A stretch of 36,012 nucleotides of DNA, taken from the IMG/VR virus record IMGVR_UViG_2654587772_000001. One strand, 5' to 3'. Shown piece by piece: positions 25,660 through 34,596 of this stretch (within the stretch, counting starts at the first letter, position 1; each line of letters opens with the position of its first letter). The DNA is from a virus (Duplodnaviria; Heunggongvirae; Uroviricota; Caudoviricetes). A program made the translations under genes and the position numbers. Below the pieces are notes generated by a model, which saw nothing but the letters and a program-made list of their open reading frames with translations, searched no databases and had not been told where the DNA came from.

Positions 25660-26083
25660 GCCATTCAATATCTGGTGCACTGGAGGTATCAACCAGCTCC
25701 AGTGCATCCAGATAATCCAGCCACAAATTATATTGCGCCAGTTCCTCACCTTTCAGACGACCAATAGCGGCTTTACCGGGCCATTGCTTACTGTTCATGT
25801 ATTCGTTGGCCTGGTTAATTAGTAGCTGTCTTTCTGATTCAGTAATTTCAATAAGCTCTTCATGCGTGGGTGGAGGAATATCTGCCCACGCAGGCAGCCC
25901 ATCATCTCCGGCAATACGGATTTTTCCTTGTGGCGGTTCAGCCATAAACTCACTGATAATATTTTGATTTACTTCCTTAGCGTCTGATAAATCCCATCCC
26001 TCTGATTTATATTTATCAATCATATCCACAGGGAAAAAAGCATTATGCCTTGCGCTATAAACATATTCGTTCATATAAATCAC
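25631..26083 (-). CDS. alternative tail fibre assembly chaperone (inverted orientation)
   Basis: 150-aa ORF convergent with G, with related C-terminus (YNLWLDYLDALELVDTSSAPDIEWPTPP). Confidence 0.7.
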   Translation of the reverse strand: MIYMNEYVYSARHNAFFPVDMIDKYKSEGWDLSDAKEVNQNIISEFMAEPPQGKIRIAGDDGLPAWADIPPPTHEELIEITESERQLLINQANEYMNSKQWPGKAAIGRLKGEELAQYNLWLDYLDALELVDTSSAPDIEWPTPPAVQAR

Positions 26084-26094
26084 CCTGAATAAAA

Positions 26095-26463
26095 TTACTC
26101 ACCAACAGCCCACCAACTGTAATTCATCGATACCGTGTCGCTGGTTGATGACGTTCTGTAAGCAGAATTAAAGCCGGTTAACGTTGGGCCTTCTGCAGTC
26201 ATCACGAACCCTCGCCCAGCGCCTAAAGGCGCACCGCCATCACCAGAATGAGTAAGCATGGCGCAGTCCGCTTTTTTGGGGAAAGGGATGCTGAATGTAA
26301 TTCTCATTGTTTGCGTCGATAATGTCGGCGTAACCGCACCACGACCATATTGCAGGATTTTCCCGTTGGGTAATTTCATCCATCCATCACCACTGGCAAA
26401 AGAGGCCATGTCCGGTATCTGATTTTCCCCTGTCCCCACATCCCGTTTTGCCGCTTCTCTCAA
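26095..26463 (-). CDS. alternative tail fibre C-terminal segment (promoter-less and start-less; would fuse to H after inversion)
   Basis: Open frame on the minus strand running to the crossover site at about 26466 with no credible own start; Gly/Thr/Ser-rich fibre-tip-like sequence. Confidence 0.6.
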   Translation of the reverse strand: MREAAKRDVGTGENQIPDMASFASGDGWMKLPNGKILQYGRGAVTPTLSTQTMRITFSIPFPKKADCAMLTHSGDGGAPLGAGRGFVMTAEGPTLTGFNSAYRTSSTSDTVSMNYSWWAVGE

Positions 26464-26480
26464 ACCAACGTTTTATGGAA
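26455..26480. repeat. invertase crossover site (hix/gix-like), right copy
   Basis: TTCTCTCAAACCAACGTTTTATGGAA; inverted-repeat partner of 24548..24573. Confidence 0.45.
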
Positions 26481-26570
26481 TCGGTTAAATATGATGTTGA
26501 AAGAAGGGAGTGTCCTAGTATTGATTGTTAGATAAAAATGGAAAGTGCTGATTGTAACGGTATATTTTAA

Positions 26571-26598
26571 GATGGTAACACCAAATGGTGCTACCATC
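26571..26598. terminator. candidate bidirectional rho-independent terminator
   Basis: Hairpin GATGGTAACACC-AAAT-GGTGCTACCATC followed by TTTATT on the + strand and by an A/T-rich tract on the - strand; lies just downstream of the minus-strand 105-aa gene. Confidence 0.4.
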
Positions 26599-26606
26599 TT
26601 TATTAG

Positions 26607-26924
26607 TTATCTGTTCCTTCTGAGGATTCCGCTACTCCCTTGTGTTGTAGGGTTTAATTTTTTCCAATAATGATAACCTTGTGATGTAATCCTTAGAGAG
26701 GCAGTATCTACACTCCATCCATCAATACTTTCAGGAGAACCATCGAAGATTACCTTTCCTGTAAGATACCCATCGTCATGCAGAAAGGCGATATATCCAT
26801 AAACTTCTTTTAAATCACCAATTTCATTGACTAGGCGTTCCCACGCTTGAACAGTGATTCTCTCTGGATAGGCTTCGACAAAATATTTCAGTGTGGTAGT
26901 TTTTTTATTGGTATCGATGTTCAT
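26607..26924 (-). CDS. hypothetical protein (AT-rich moron between the invertible segment and the invertase)
   Basis: 105-aa ORF with ATG at 26924 and a good SD (AAGGAAA) upstream on the minus strand; AT-rich; no recognisable motif. Confidence 0.5.
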   Translation of the reverse strand: MNIDTNKKTTTLKYFVEAYPERITVQAWERLVNEIGDLKEVYGYIAFLHDDGYLTGKVIFDGSPESIDGWSVDTASLRITSQGYHYWKKLNPTTQGSSGILRRNR

Positions 26925-27122
26925 CAGATTTTCCTTTTATTGAGGTCAACCTATCTTACCATACTTATTTGTTTCACATGGGAATGCTAAGTGGGCTATG
27001 TATCCACTATCAGTAAATATTCTTATCCAGCAAGATTACTGTAACTGAGAGCTCCATAGCCTTGTCCGCTTGTACATATATAGATAATTCTGTGTCATTA
27101 TTCTGTTTTTATAGGGATTTTT

Positions 27123-27716
27123 ATGCGTATAGGTTATGTTCGTGTATCAACAAATGACCAGAACACGGAATTGCAGCGTAACGCGCTCGAGTGCGCAGGA
27201 TGTGAGCTGATTTTTGAGGATAAAATCAGCGGCACGAAGTCCGACCGACCGGGGCTGAAAAAACTGCTCAGAACATTATCAGCAGGTGACACTCTGGTAG
27301 TCTGGAAGCTGGACAGGCTGGGGCGTAGTATGCGGCATCTGGTCATTCTGGTTGAGGAACTGCGCGAACGCGGCATTAATTTTCGCAGCCTGACAGATGC
27401 TATTGATACCAGCACGCCGATGGGGCGTTTTTTCTTTCATGTGATGGGTGCCCTGGCTGAAATGGAACGAGAACTCATTGTCGAACGGACTCGGGCCGGG
27501 CTGGAAGCGGCCAGAGCCAAAGGTCGTATTGGTGGCAGACGTCCTAAACTCACCACGAGTGAGTGGGAGCAGGTCGGGCGTTTGCTGGCTGCAGGGGAGT
27601 CACGTCAACGCGTGGCACTGATTTTTGATATTGGCCTGTCCACGCTCTATAAAAAATTTCCCTCATCAGCGATAAAGAATAAATTGTGTCATCCCTTAGC
27701 CAACCGGGACAAATAG
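27123..27716 (+). CDS. serine DNA invertase (Hin/Gin/Pin/Cin family)
   Basis: 197-aa ORF; N-terminal resolvase catalytic domain with GYVRVST-DQ (Ser nucleophile), LVVWKLDRLGRS, and a C-terminal HTH; closely resembles Hin/Gin. Confidence 0.9.
   Translation: MRIGYVRVSTNDQNTELQRNALECAGCELIFEDKISGTKSDRPGLKKLLRTLSAGDTLVVWKLDRLGRSMRHLVILVEELRERGINFRSLTDAIDTSTPMGRFFFHVMGALAEMERELIVERTRAGLEAARAKGRIGGRRPKLTTSEWEQVGRLLAAGESRQRVALIFDIGLSTLYKKFPSSAIKNKLCHPLANRDK
27684..27710 (+). promoter_or_regulatory. late-promoter upstream element (candidate PF) TTGTGTCATCCCTTAGCCAACCGGGAC
   Basis: 21/27 identical to the element upstream of O (13146..13172); ends about 66 nt before the FI start; lies inside the 3' end of the invertase gene. 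Confidence 0.45.
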
Positions 27717-27775
27717 CCTGACATCTCCGGCACAACTGAAAATATCACTCACCCATTAACCACGGAGTTAAACGG

Positions 27776-28966
27776 ATGAGTGACTATCATCACGGCGTGC
27801 AGGTGCTGGAGATTAACGACGGCACCCGCGTCATTTCCACCGTATCCACTGCCATTGTCGGCATGGTCTGCACGGCCAGCGATGCGGATGCGGAAACCTT
27901 CCCCCTCAATAAACCTGTGCTGATTACCAATGTGCAGAGCGCAATTGCAAAGGCCGGTAAAAAAGGCACGCTGGCGGCATCGTTGCAGGCCATCGCCGAC
28001 CAGTCAAAACCGGTCACCGTTGTCGTGCGTGTGGAAGACGGCACCGGCGACGACGAGGAAACGAAACTCGCGCAGACTGTTTCCAATATCATCGGCACCA
28101 CCGACGAAAACGGTCAGTACACCGGACTGAAAGCCCTGCTGGCGGCGGAGTCTGTTACCGGTGTTAAACCGCGTATTCTCGGCGTGCCGGGACTGGACAC
28201 CAAAGAGGTGGCTGTTGCACTGGCATCAGTCTGTCAGAAGCTGCGCGCTTTCGGATATATCAGCGCATGGGGCTGTAAGACCATTTCCGAGGTGAAAGCC
28301 TACCGCCAGAATTTCAGCCAGCGTGAGCTGATGGTCATCTGGCCGGATTTCCTCGCATGGGATACGGTCACCAGTACCACCGCCACCGCGTATGCCACCG
28401 CCCGTGCGCTGGGTCTGCGCGCTAAAATCGACCAGGAGCAGGGCTGGCATAAAACGCTGTCCAACGTCGGGGTGAACGGTGTTACCGGCATCAGCGCCTC
28501 TGTATTCTGGGATTTGCAGGAGTCCGGCACCGATGCTGACCTGCTTAATGAGTCAGGCGTCACTACGCTGATTCGCCGCGACGGTTTCCGCTTCTGGGGT
28601 AACCGTACCTGCTCTGATGACCCGCTGTTCCTCTTTGAAAACTACACCCGCACCGCGCAGGTGCTGGCCGACACGATGGCTGAGGCGCACATGTGGGCGG
28701 TGGACAAGCCCATCACCGCAACGCTGATTCGCGACATCGTTGACGGCATCAATGCCAAATTCCGTGAGCTGAAAACAAACGGCTATATCGTGGATGCGAC
28801 CTGCTGGTTCAGCGAAGAATCCAACGATGCGGAAACCCTCAAGGCCGGAAAACTGTATATCGACTACGACTATACCCCGGTGCCTCCTCTTGAAAACCTG
28901 ACCCTGCGCCAGCGTATCACCGATAAATACCTGGCAAATCTGGTCACCTCGGTTAACAGCAATTAA
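27776..28966 (+). CDS. FI: tail sheath protein FI
   Basis: 396-aa ORF; P2 gpFI length and sequence. Confidence 0.95.
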   Translation: MSDYHHGVQVLEINDGTRVISTVSTAIVGMVCTASDADAETFPLNKPVLITNVQSAIAKAGKKGTLAASLQAIADQSKPVTVVVRVEDGTGDDEETKLAQTVSNIIGTTDENGQYTGLKALLAAESVTGVKPRILGVPGLDTKEVAVALASVCQKLRAFGYISAWGCKTISEVKAYRQNFSQRELMVIWPDFLAWDTVTSTTATAYATARALGLRAKIDQEQGWHKTLSNVGVNGVTGISASVFWDLQESGTDADLLNESGVTTLIRRDGFRFWGNRTCSDDPLFLFENYTRTAQVLADTMAEAHMWAVDKPITATLIRDIVDGINAKFRELKTNGYIVDATCWFSEESNDAETLKAGKLYIDYDYTPVPPLENLTLRQRITDKYLANLVTSVNSN

Positions 28967-28978
28967 GGAGCCTGACCG

Positions 28979-29497
28979 ATGGCAATGCCGCGCAAACTCA
29001 AGTTAATGAACGTCTTTCTGAACGGCTACAGCTATCAGGGCGTTGCAAAGTCCGTCACGCTGCCCAAACTGACCCGTAAGCTCGAAAACTATCGCGGTGC
29101 GGGGATGAACGGCAGCGCACCGGTAGACCTCGGCCTTGATGACGATGCGCTGTCAATGGAGTGGTCGCTCGGGGGCTTCCCGGATTCGGTTATCTGGGAG
29201 CTTTACGCCGCAACCGGTGTGGATGCCGTACCGATTCGTTTTGCAGGCTCTTACCAGCGTGACGATACCGGCGAAACGGTGGCCGTCGAGGTGGTCATGC
29301 GTGGACGTCAGAAAGAAATCGACACCGGCGAGGGTAAACAGGGAGAAGACACCGAGTCGAAAATCTCCGTGGTCTGCACCTATTTCCGGCTGACGATGGA
29401 CGGTAAGGAGCTGGTCGAAATTGACACCATCAACATGATTGAGAAGGTGAACGGCGTCGACCGGCTGGAGCAACACCGCCGCAATATCGGCCTGTGA
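28979..29497 (+). CDS. FII: tail tube protein FII
   Basis: 172-aa ORF; P2 gpFII length. Confidence 0.95.
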   Translation: MAMPRKLKLMNVFLNGYSYQGVAKSVTLPKLTRKLENYRGAGMNGSAPVDLGLDDDALSMEWSLGGFPDSVIWELYAATGVDAVPIRFAGSYQRDDTGETVAVEVVMRGRQKEIDTGEGKQGEDTESKISVVCTYFRLTMDGKELVEIDTINMIEKVNGVDRLEQHRRNIGL

Positions 29498-29553
29498 TTT
29501 TCATCCGGTCAGCCTGGCTGACCGGTTAACCCCGATTCATAAGTGAGAAAACC

Positions 29554-29829
29554 ATGAACAAAGAAAATGTGATTACCCTGGACAATCCGGTTAAACGTGG
29601 TGAGCAGGTTATCGAACAGGTCACGCTGATGAAACCCAATGCCGGGACGCTGCGCGGTGTCAGTCTGGCAGCGGTCGCAAACTCTGAAGTCGATGCACTG
29701 ATTAAGGTGCTGCCGCGCATGACTGCACCGATGCTGACCGAGCAGGAAGTCGCCGCACTGGAACTGCCTGACCTTGTGGCGCTGGCCGGTAAGGTGGTCG
29801 GTTTTTTGTCGCCGAACTCGGTGCAGTGA
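29554..29829 (+). CDS. E: tail assembly chaperone E
   Basis: 91-aa ORF upstream of the tape measure gene; P2 gpE length. Confidence 0.85.
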   Translation: MNKENVITLDNPVKRGEQVIEQVTLMKPNAGTLRGVSLAAVANSEVDALIKVLPRMTAPMLTEQEVAALELPDLVALAGKVVGFLSPNSVQ

Positions 29830-29981
29830 CGTTTCCGAAAAATCTCTCGGTCGATGACCTGATGGCGGATGTGGCAGTGATATTTCACTGGCCGCCATCA
29901 GAACTGTATCCCATGAGCCTGACCGAACTCATCACATGGCGCGAAAAGGCGCTCCGGCGAAGCGGAAACACGAATGAGTAA
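29554..29981 (+). CDS. E': tail assembly chaperone E+E' (predicted -1 programmed frameshift product, about 142 aa)
   Basis: Slippery T TTT TTG at 29802..29808 near the end of E; the -1 frame is open to TAA at 29979..29981, giving 85+57 codons, about the P2 E+E' length; overlaps the T start. Confidence 0.6.
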
Positions 29982-32421
29982 CAATGTAAAATTACAGGTA
30001 TTGCTCAGGGCTGTTGACCAGGCATCCCGCCCGTTTAAATCCATCCGCACAGCGAGCAGGTCGCTGTCGGGCGATATCCGGGAAACACAAAAATCACTGC
30101 GCGAGCTGAACGGTCACGCATCCCGTATTGAGGGATTTCGCAAGACCAGTGCACAGCTCGCCGTGACTGGTCATGCACTTGAAAAGGCTCGGCAGGAGGC
30201 CGAAGCCCTTGCCACACAGTTTAAAAACACCGAACGTCCGACCCGTGCTCAGGCGAAAGTGCTGGAATCCGCAAAGCGTGCGGCGGAGGACTTACAGGCG
30301 AAATATAACCGCCTGACGGATTCCGTTAAACGCCAGCAGCGGGAACTGGCCGCTGTGGGAATTAATACCCGCAATCTTGCACATGATGAGCAGGGACTGA
30401 AAAACCGTATCAGTGAAACCACCGCACAGCTTAACCGTCAGCGTGACGCGCTGGCGCGTGTCAGTGCGCAACAGGCAAAACTTAACGCAGTAAAACAGCG
30501 TTATCAGGCCGGAAAGGAACTGGCCGGAAATATGGCCTCAGTGGGCGCTGCCGGTGTGGGGATTGCGGCGGCGGGAACGATGGCCGGTGTTAAGCTGCTG
30601 ATGCCCGGTTATGAGTTTGCGCAGAAAAACTCAGAATTGCAGGCTGTGCTGGGAGTGGCAAAAGACTCCGCCGAAATGACCGCACTCCGCAAGCAGGCGC
30701 GCCAGCTCGGCGACAATACCGCAGCCTCGGCAGATGATGCAGCCGGTGCACAGATAATCATCGCGAAAGCGGGTGGGGATGTTGATGCCATTCAGGCGGC
30801 AACGCCGGTCACGCTGAATATGGCGCTGGCGAACCGCCGCACGATGGAAGAAAACGCCGCCCTGCTGATGGGGATGAAATCCGCCTTTCAGCTTTCAAAC
30901 GATAAGGTCGCTCATATCGGGGATGTTCTCTCCATGACGATGAACAAAACCGCCGCCGATTTTGACGGCATGAGCGATGCGCTGACCTATGCCGCACCTG
31001 TGGCAAAAAATGCCGGTGTCAGCATTGAAGAAACCGCCGCAATGGTCGGGGCGCTGCATGATGCAAAAATCACAGGCTCAATGGCGGGGACGGGAAGCCG
31101 TGCCGTGTTAAGCCGCCTGCAGGCACCGACGGGAAAAGCATGGGATGCACTCAAAGAGCTTGGAGTGAAAACCTCAGACAGCAAGGGAAACACCCGGCCA
31201 ATATTTACCATTCTGAAAGAAATGCAGGCCAGTTTTGAGAAAAACCGGCTCGGTACTGCCCAGCAGGCTGAATACATGAAAACTATTTTCGGGGAGGAGG
31301 CCAGCTCAGCCGCCGCCGTGCTGATGACTGCCGCCTCAACCGGAAAGCTGGACAAACTGACCGCTGCGTTTAAAGCCTCAGACGGGAAGACCGCCGAGCT
31401 GGTAAATATCATGCAGGACAACCTAGGCGGTGACTTTAAGGAGTTTCAGTCTGCTTATGAGGCGGTGGGGACTGACCTGTTTGACCAGCAGGAAGGCGCA
31501 CTGCGTAATCTCACGCAGACGGCCACAAAGTATGTGTTAAAACTCGACGGCTGGATCCAGAAAAACAAATCACTGGCGTCAACCATCGGACTTATTGTCG
31601 GTGGCGCACTGGCGCTTATTGGCATCATCGGTGCAATTGGTCTTGTAGCCTGGTCGGTTATCACCGGCATCAATGCCATCATCGCGGCAGCAGGCGCAAT
31701 GGGGGCAATCTTCACGACGGTTGGCAGTGCTGTTATGACGGCCATCGGGGCGATTAGCTGGCCGGTTGTGGCCGTGGTGGCCGCCATTGTCGCCGGGGCG
31801 TTGCTTATCCGTAAATACTGGGAGCCTGTCAGCGCATTCTTTGGCGGTGTGGTGGAAGGGCTGAAAGCGGCATTTGCGCCGGTGGGGGAACTGTTCACGC
31901 CACTTAAACCGGTTTTTGACTGGCTGGGTGAAAAGTTACAGGCCGCGTGGCAGTGGTTTAAAAACCTGATTGCCCCGGTTAAAGCCACCCAGGACACCCT
32001 GAACCGTTGCCGTGACACGGGGGTCATGTTCGGGCAGGCACTGGCTGACGCGCTGATGCTGCCGCTTAATGCGTTCAACAAACTGCGCAGCGGTATTGAC
32101 TGGGTACTGGAAAAACTCGGTGTTATCAACAAAGAGTCAGACACACTTGACCAGACCGCCGTCAGAACTCATGCCGCCACGTATGGCACCGGTGGTTATA
32201 TTCCGGCGACCAGCTCTTATGCAGGTTATCAGGCTTATCAGCCGGTTACGGCACCGGCTGGCCGCTCTTATGTGGACCAGAGTAAAAACGAATATCACAT
32301 CAGCCTGACGGGTGGTACTGCGCCGGGGACACAGCTTGACCGCCAGTTACAGGATGCGCTCGAAAAATACGAGCGGGATAAACGTGCGCGCGCCCGTGCC
32401 AGCATGATGCATGACGGTTAA
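29974..32421 (+). CDS. T: tail tape measure protein T
   Basis: 815-aa ORF; coiled-coil N-terminal half and Gly/Ala-rich hydrophobic segment; P2 gpT length. Confidence 0.9.
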   Translation: MSNNVKLQVLLRAVDQASRPFKSIRTASRSLSGDIRETQKSLRELNGHASRIEGFRKTSAQLAVTGHALEKARQEAEALATQFKNTERPTRAQAKVLESAKRAAEDLQAKYNRLTDSVKRQQRELAAVGINTRNLAHDEQGLKNRISETTAQLNRQRDALARVSAQQAKLNAVKQRYQAGKELAGNMASVGAAGVGIAAAGTMAGVKLLMPGYEFAQKNSELQAVLGVAKDSAEMTALRKQARQLGDNTAASADDAAGAQIIIAKAGGDVDAIQAATPVTLNMALANRRTMEENAALLMGMKSAFQLSNDKVAHIGDVLSMTMNKTAADFDGMSDALTYAAPVAKNAGVSIEETAAMVGALHDAKITGSMAGTGSRAVLSRLQAPTGKAWDALKELGVKTSDSKGNTRPIFTILKEMQASFEKNRLGTAQQAEYMKTIFGEEASSAAAVLMTAASTGKLDKLTAAFKASDGKTAELVNIMQDNLGGDFKEFQSAYEAVGTDLFDQQEGALRNLTQTATKYVLKLDGWIQKNKSLASTIGLIVGGALALIGIIGAIGLVAWSVITGINAIIAAAGAMGAIFTTVGSAVMTAIGAISWPVVAVVAAIVAGALLIRKYWEPVSAFFGGVVEGLKAAFAPVGELFTPLKPVFDWLGEKLQAAWQWFKNLIAPVKATQDTLNRCRDTGVMFGQALADALMLPLNAFNKLRSGIDWVLEKLGVINKESDTLDQTAVRTHAATYGTGGYIPATSSYAGYQAYQPVTAPAGRSYVDQSKNEYHISLTGGTAPGTQLDRQLQDALEKYERDKRARARASMMHDG

Positions 32422-32435
32422 GGAGGTGACGAAAA

Positions 32436-32915
32436 ATGATGCTCGCGTTAGGTATGTTTGTTTTTATGCGCCAGACGCTGCCACACCAGACCATGCAGCG
32501 TGAATCAGATTATCGCTGGCCATCAAATTCCCGTATCGGCAAACGGGATGCCTTTCAATTTCTCGGTGTGGGTGAGGAAAACATCACGCTTGCCGGTGTG
32601 CTTTATCCCGAACTGACCGGCGGAAAGCTGACGATGACCACGCTCAGGCTGATGGCAGAGGAAGGCCGGGCGTGGCCGTTGCTGGATGGCACAGGCATGA
32701 TTTACGGCATGTATGTCATCAGCAGGGTGAGTGAAACAGGGAGTATTTTCTTTGCAGACGGCACACCCCGGAAAATTGATTTTACGCTGTCACTCACCCG
32801 CGTGGATGAATCACTGGCCGCGCTTTATGGCGATATCGGTAAACAGGCGGAGTCGCTCATCGGTAAGGCCGGTAGTCTGGCGACCAGATTCACGGGGATG
32901 ACGGGGGCGGAATAA
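32436..32915 (+). CDS. U: tail protein U
   Basis: 159-aa ORF; P2 gpU length. Confidence 0.9.
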   Translation: MMLALGMFVFMRQTLPHQTMQRESDYRWPSNSRIGKRDAFQFLGVGEENITLAGVLYPELTGGKLTMTTLRLMAEEGRAWPLLDGTGMIYGMYVISRVSETGSIFFADGTPRKIDFTLSLTRVDESLAALYGDIGKQAESLIGKAGSLATRFTGMTGAE

Positions 32916-34078
32916 TGCTGGATGCGCTGACATTTGATGCAGGCAGTACGCTGACGCCGGATTACATGCTGATGCTCGACAGCAGGGATATTACCGGCAA
33001 TATCAGCGACCGTCTGATGAGCATGACCCTGACGGATAACCGGGGCTTTGAGGCTGATCAGCTTGATATTGAACTGAACGATGCCGACGGGCAGGTCGAA
33101 CTGCCGGTTCGTGGCGCTGTCCTGACGGTGTATATCGGCTGGAAAGGTTTTGCCCTGGTATGCAAAGGGAAATTCACCGTTGATGAGGTAGAACACCGGG
33201 GCGCGCCGGATGTGGTCACCATCCGGGCCCGGAGTGCAGATTTTCGTGGCACGCTCAATTCCCGCCGTGAAGGCTCCTGGCATGACACCACGCTCGGTGC
33301 GATTGTTGAGGCGATAGCCTCCCGTAACAGGCTGGAAGCCAGTGTCGCTCCGTCACTGGCCGGAATTAAAATCCCGCACATCGACCAGTCGCAGGAGTCT
33401 GATGCAAAATTCCTGACCCGCCTTGCTGAACGCAACGGCGGTGAGGTGTCGGTAAAAATGGGAAAACTGTTGTTTCTCAAAGCGGGGCAGGGGGTGACGG
33501 CCAGCGGTAAAAAAATCCCGCAGGTCACCATAACCCGCAGCGACGGCGACCGCCATCATTTTGCGATTGCTGACCGTGGAGCCTATACCGGTGTAACGGC
33601 AAAGTGGTTACACACCAAAGACCCGAAGCCGCAAAAGCAGAAGGTAAAACTGAAACGCAAAAAGAAAGAGAAACACCTGCGCGCACTGGAGCACCCGAAA
33701 GCGAAACCAGTCACGCAGAAGAAAGCGCCAAAAGTACCGGAAGCGCGCGAAGGTGAATACATGGCCGGTGAGGCTGACAACGTTTTTGCACTGACCACGG
33801 TATATGCCACGAAAGCACAGGCCATGCGCGCCGCTCAGGCGAAGTGGGATAAACTGCAACGGGGCGTTGCGGAGTTCTCCATCAGCCTGGCTACCGGTCG
33901 GGCAGATATTTACACGGAAACACCGGTTAAAGTGTCAGGCTTTAAGCGCGTCATAGACGAGCAGGACTGGACAATCACTAAGGTGACACATTTTCTGAAT
34001 AATAGCGGCTTCACGACATCCCTAGAGCTTGAGGTCAGGCTTTCTGATGTGGAGTACGAAACAGAAGATGATGAGTGA
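32915..34078 (+). CDS. D: tail protein D (late control gene D)
   Basis: 387-aa ORF; P2 gpD length and position; overlaps the U stop. Confidence 0.9.
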   Translation: MLDALTFDAGSTLTPDYMLMLDSRDITGNISDRLMSMTLTDNRGFEADQLDIELNDADGQVELPVRGAVLTVYIGWKGFALVCKGKFTVDEVEHRGAPDVVTIRARSADFRGTLNSRREGSWHDTTLGAIVEAIASRNRLEASVAPSLAGIKIPHIDQSQESDAKFLTRLAERNGGEVSVKMGKLLFLKAGQGVTASGKKIPQVTITRSDGDRHHFAIADRGAYTGVTAKWLHTKDPKPQKQKVKLKRKKKEKHLRALEHPKAKPVTQKKAPKVPEAREGEYMAGEADNVFALTTVYATKAQAMRAAQAKWDKLQRGVAEFSISLATGRADIYTETPVKVSGFKRVIDEQDWTITKVTHFLNNSGFTTSLELEVRLSDVEYETEDDE

Positions 34079-34159
34079 TGTTTTTATTTTATCTATTTGT
34101 TTTATAGGGATAAATTAACTAAAATGGCACCATCAACAAAACCGGAAGAGGTGCTCGCG

Positions 34160-34378
34160 ATGTTTCATTGTCCTTTATGCCAGCATGCCGCACATGCGCG
34201 TACAAGTCGCTATATCACTGACACGACAAAAGAGCGTTATCACCAGTGTCAGAACGTGAATTGCAGCGCCACGTTCATCACTTATGAGTCGGTACAGCGA
34301 TACATCGTGAAGCCGGGAGAAGTCCACGCCGTAAGACCGCACCCGTTGCCGTCAGGGCAGCAAATTATGTGGATGTAA
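34160..34378 (+). CDS. ogr: late transcription activator Ogr (C4 zinc finger)
   Basis: 72 aa from ATG 34160 (MFHCPLCQHAAHARTSRYITDTTKERYHQCQNVNCSATF...); CxxC...CxxxxC zinc motif; track ORF starts upstream. Confidence 0.9.
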   Translation: MFHCPLCQHAAHARTSRYITDTTKERYHQCQNVNCSATFITYESVQRYIVKPGEVHAVRPHPLPSGQQIMWM

Positions 34379-34388
34379 TTACAAACAG

Positions 34389-34416
34389 AAAGCCCCTCAG
34401 TTGAGGGGCTTTTTTG
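34389..34416 (+). terminator. rho-independent terminator downstream of ogr
   Basis: Hairpin AGCCCCTC-AGTT-GAGGGGCT followed by TTTTTT. Confidence 0.7.
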
Positions 34417-34479
34417 TCGATGTGGTCAATATGTGGACGTGACCAGAAATAAATCCTTTTATTTCAATTTGTTGTGCGT

Positions 34480-34506
34480 AAAAAATAAGCCCGTGTAAGG
34501 GAGATT
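34480..34506. repeat. attR core (27-bp direct repeat), also the 3' end of cyaR
   Basis: Identical to 476..502. Confidence 0.8.
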
Positions 34507-34566
34507 ACACAGGCTAAGGAGGTGGTTCCTGGTACAGCTAGCATTTTATGGGTTATGTTTTTCAGC
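34480..34566 (-). ncRNA. cyaR: CRP-dependent sRNA CyaR (RyeE)
   Basis: Reverse complement reads GCTGAAAAACATAACCCATAAAATGCTAGCTGTACCAGGAACCACCTCCTTAGCCTGTGTAATCTCCCTTACACGGGCTTATTTTTT (87 nt), matching the remembered E. coli CyaR, with a terminal hairpin and U-tail. Confidence 0.85.
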
Positions 34567-34596
34567 GAAACGGATGATAACCTTAATAAATGCAGC

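Larger units (their letters stand above)
24560..26468. other. invertible tail-fibre host-range segment (G/C-segment-like), about 1.9 kb
   Basis: Bounded by inverted crossover sites; contains the H variable 3' part plus a chaperone on the + strand and an alternative fibre C-terminus plus chaperone on the - strand; adjacent serine invertase. Confidence 0.55.
476..34506. mobile_element. P2-like temperate prophage (Peduovirus-type), apparently complete
   Basis: Bounded by 27-bp att direct repeats; full P2 gene order from int to ogr; int adjacent to attL and ogr adjacent to attR as expected for an integrated P2. Confidence 0.9.

Noticed and set aside
30609-33859. Minus-strand ORFs inside T, U and D (for example 31455..32144, 33058..33531, 33608..33859)
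   Set aside because: Antisense to the tape measure and D genes, with low-complexity translations; no start or RBS context.
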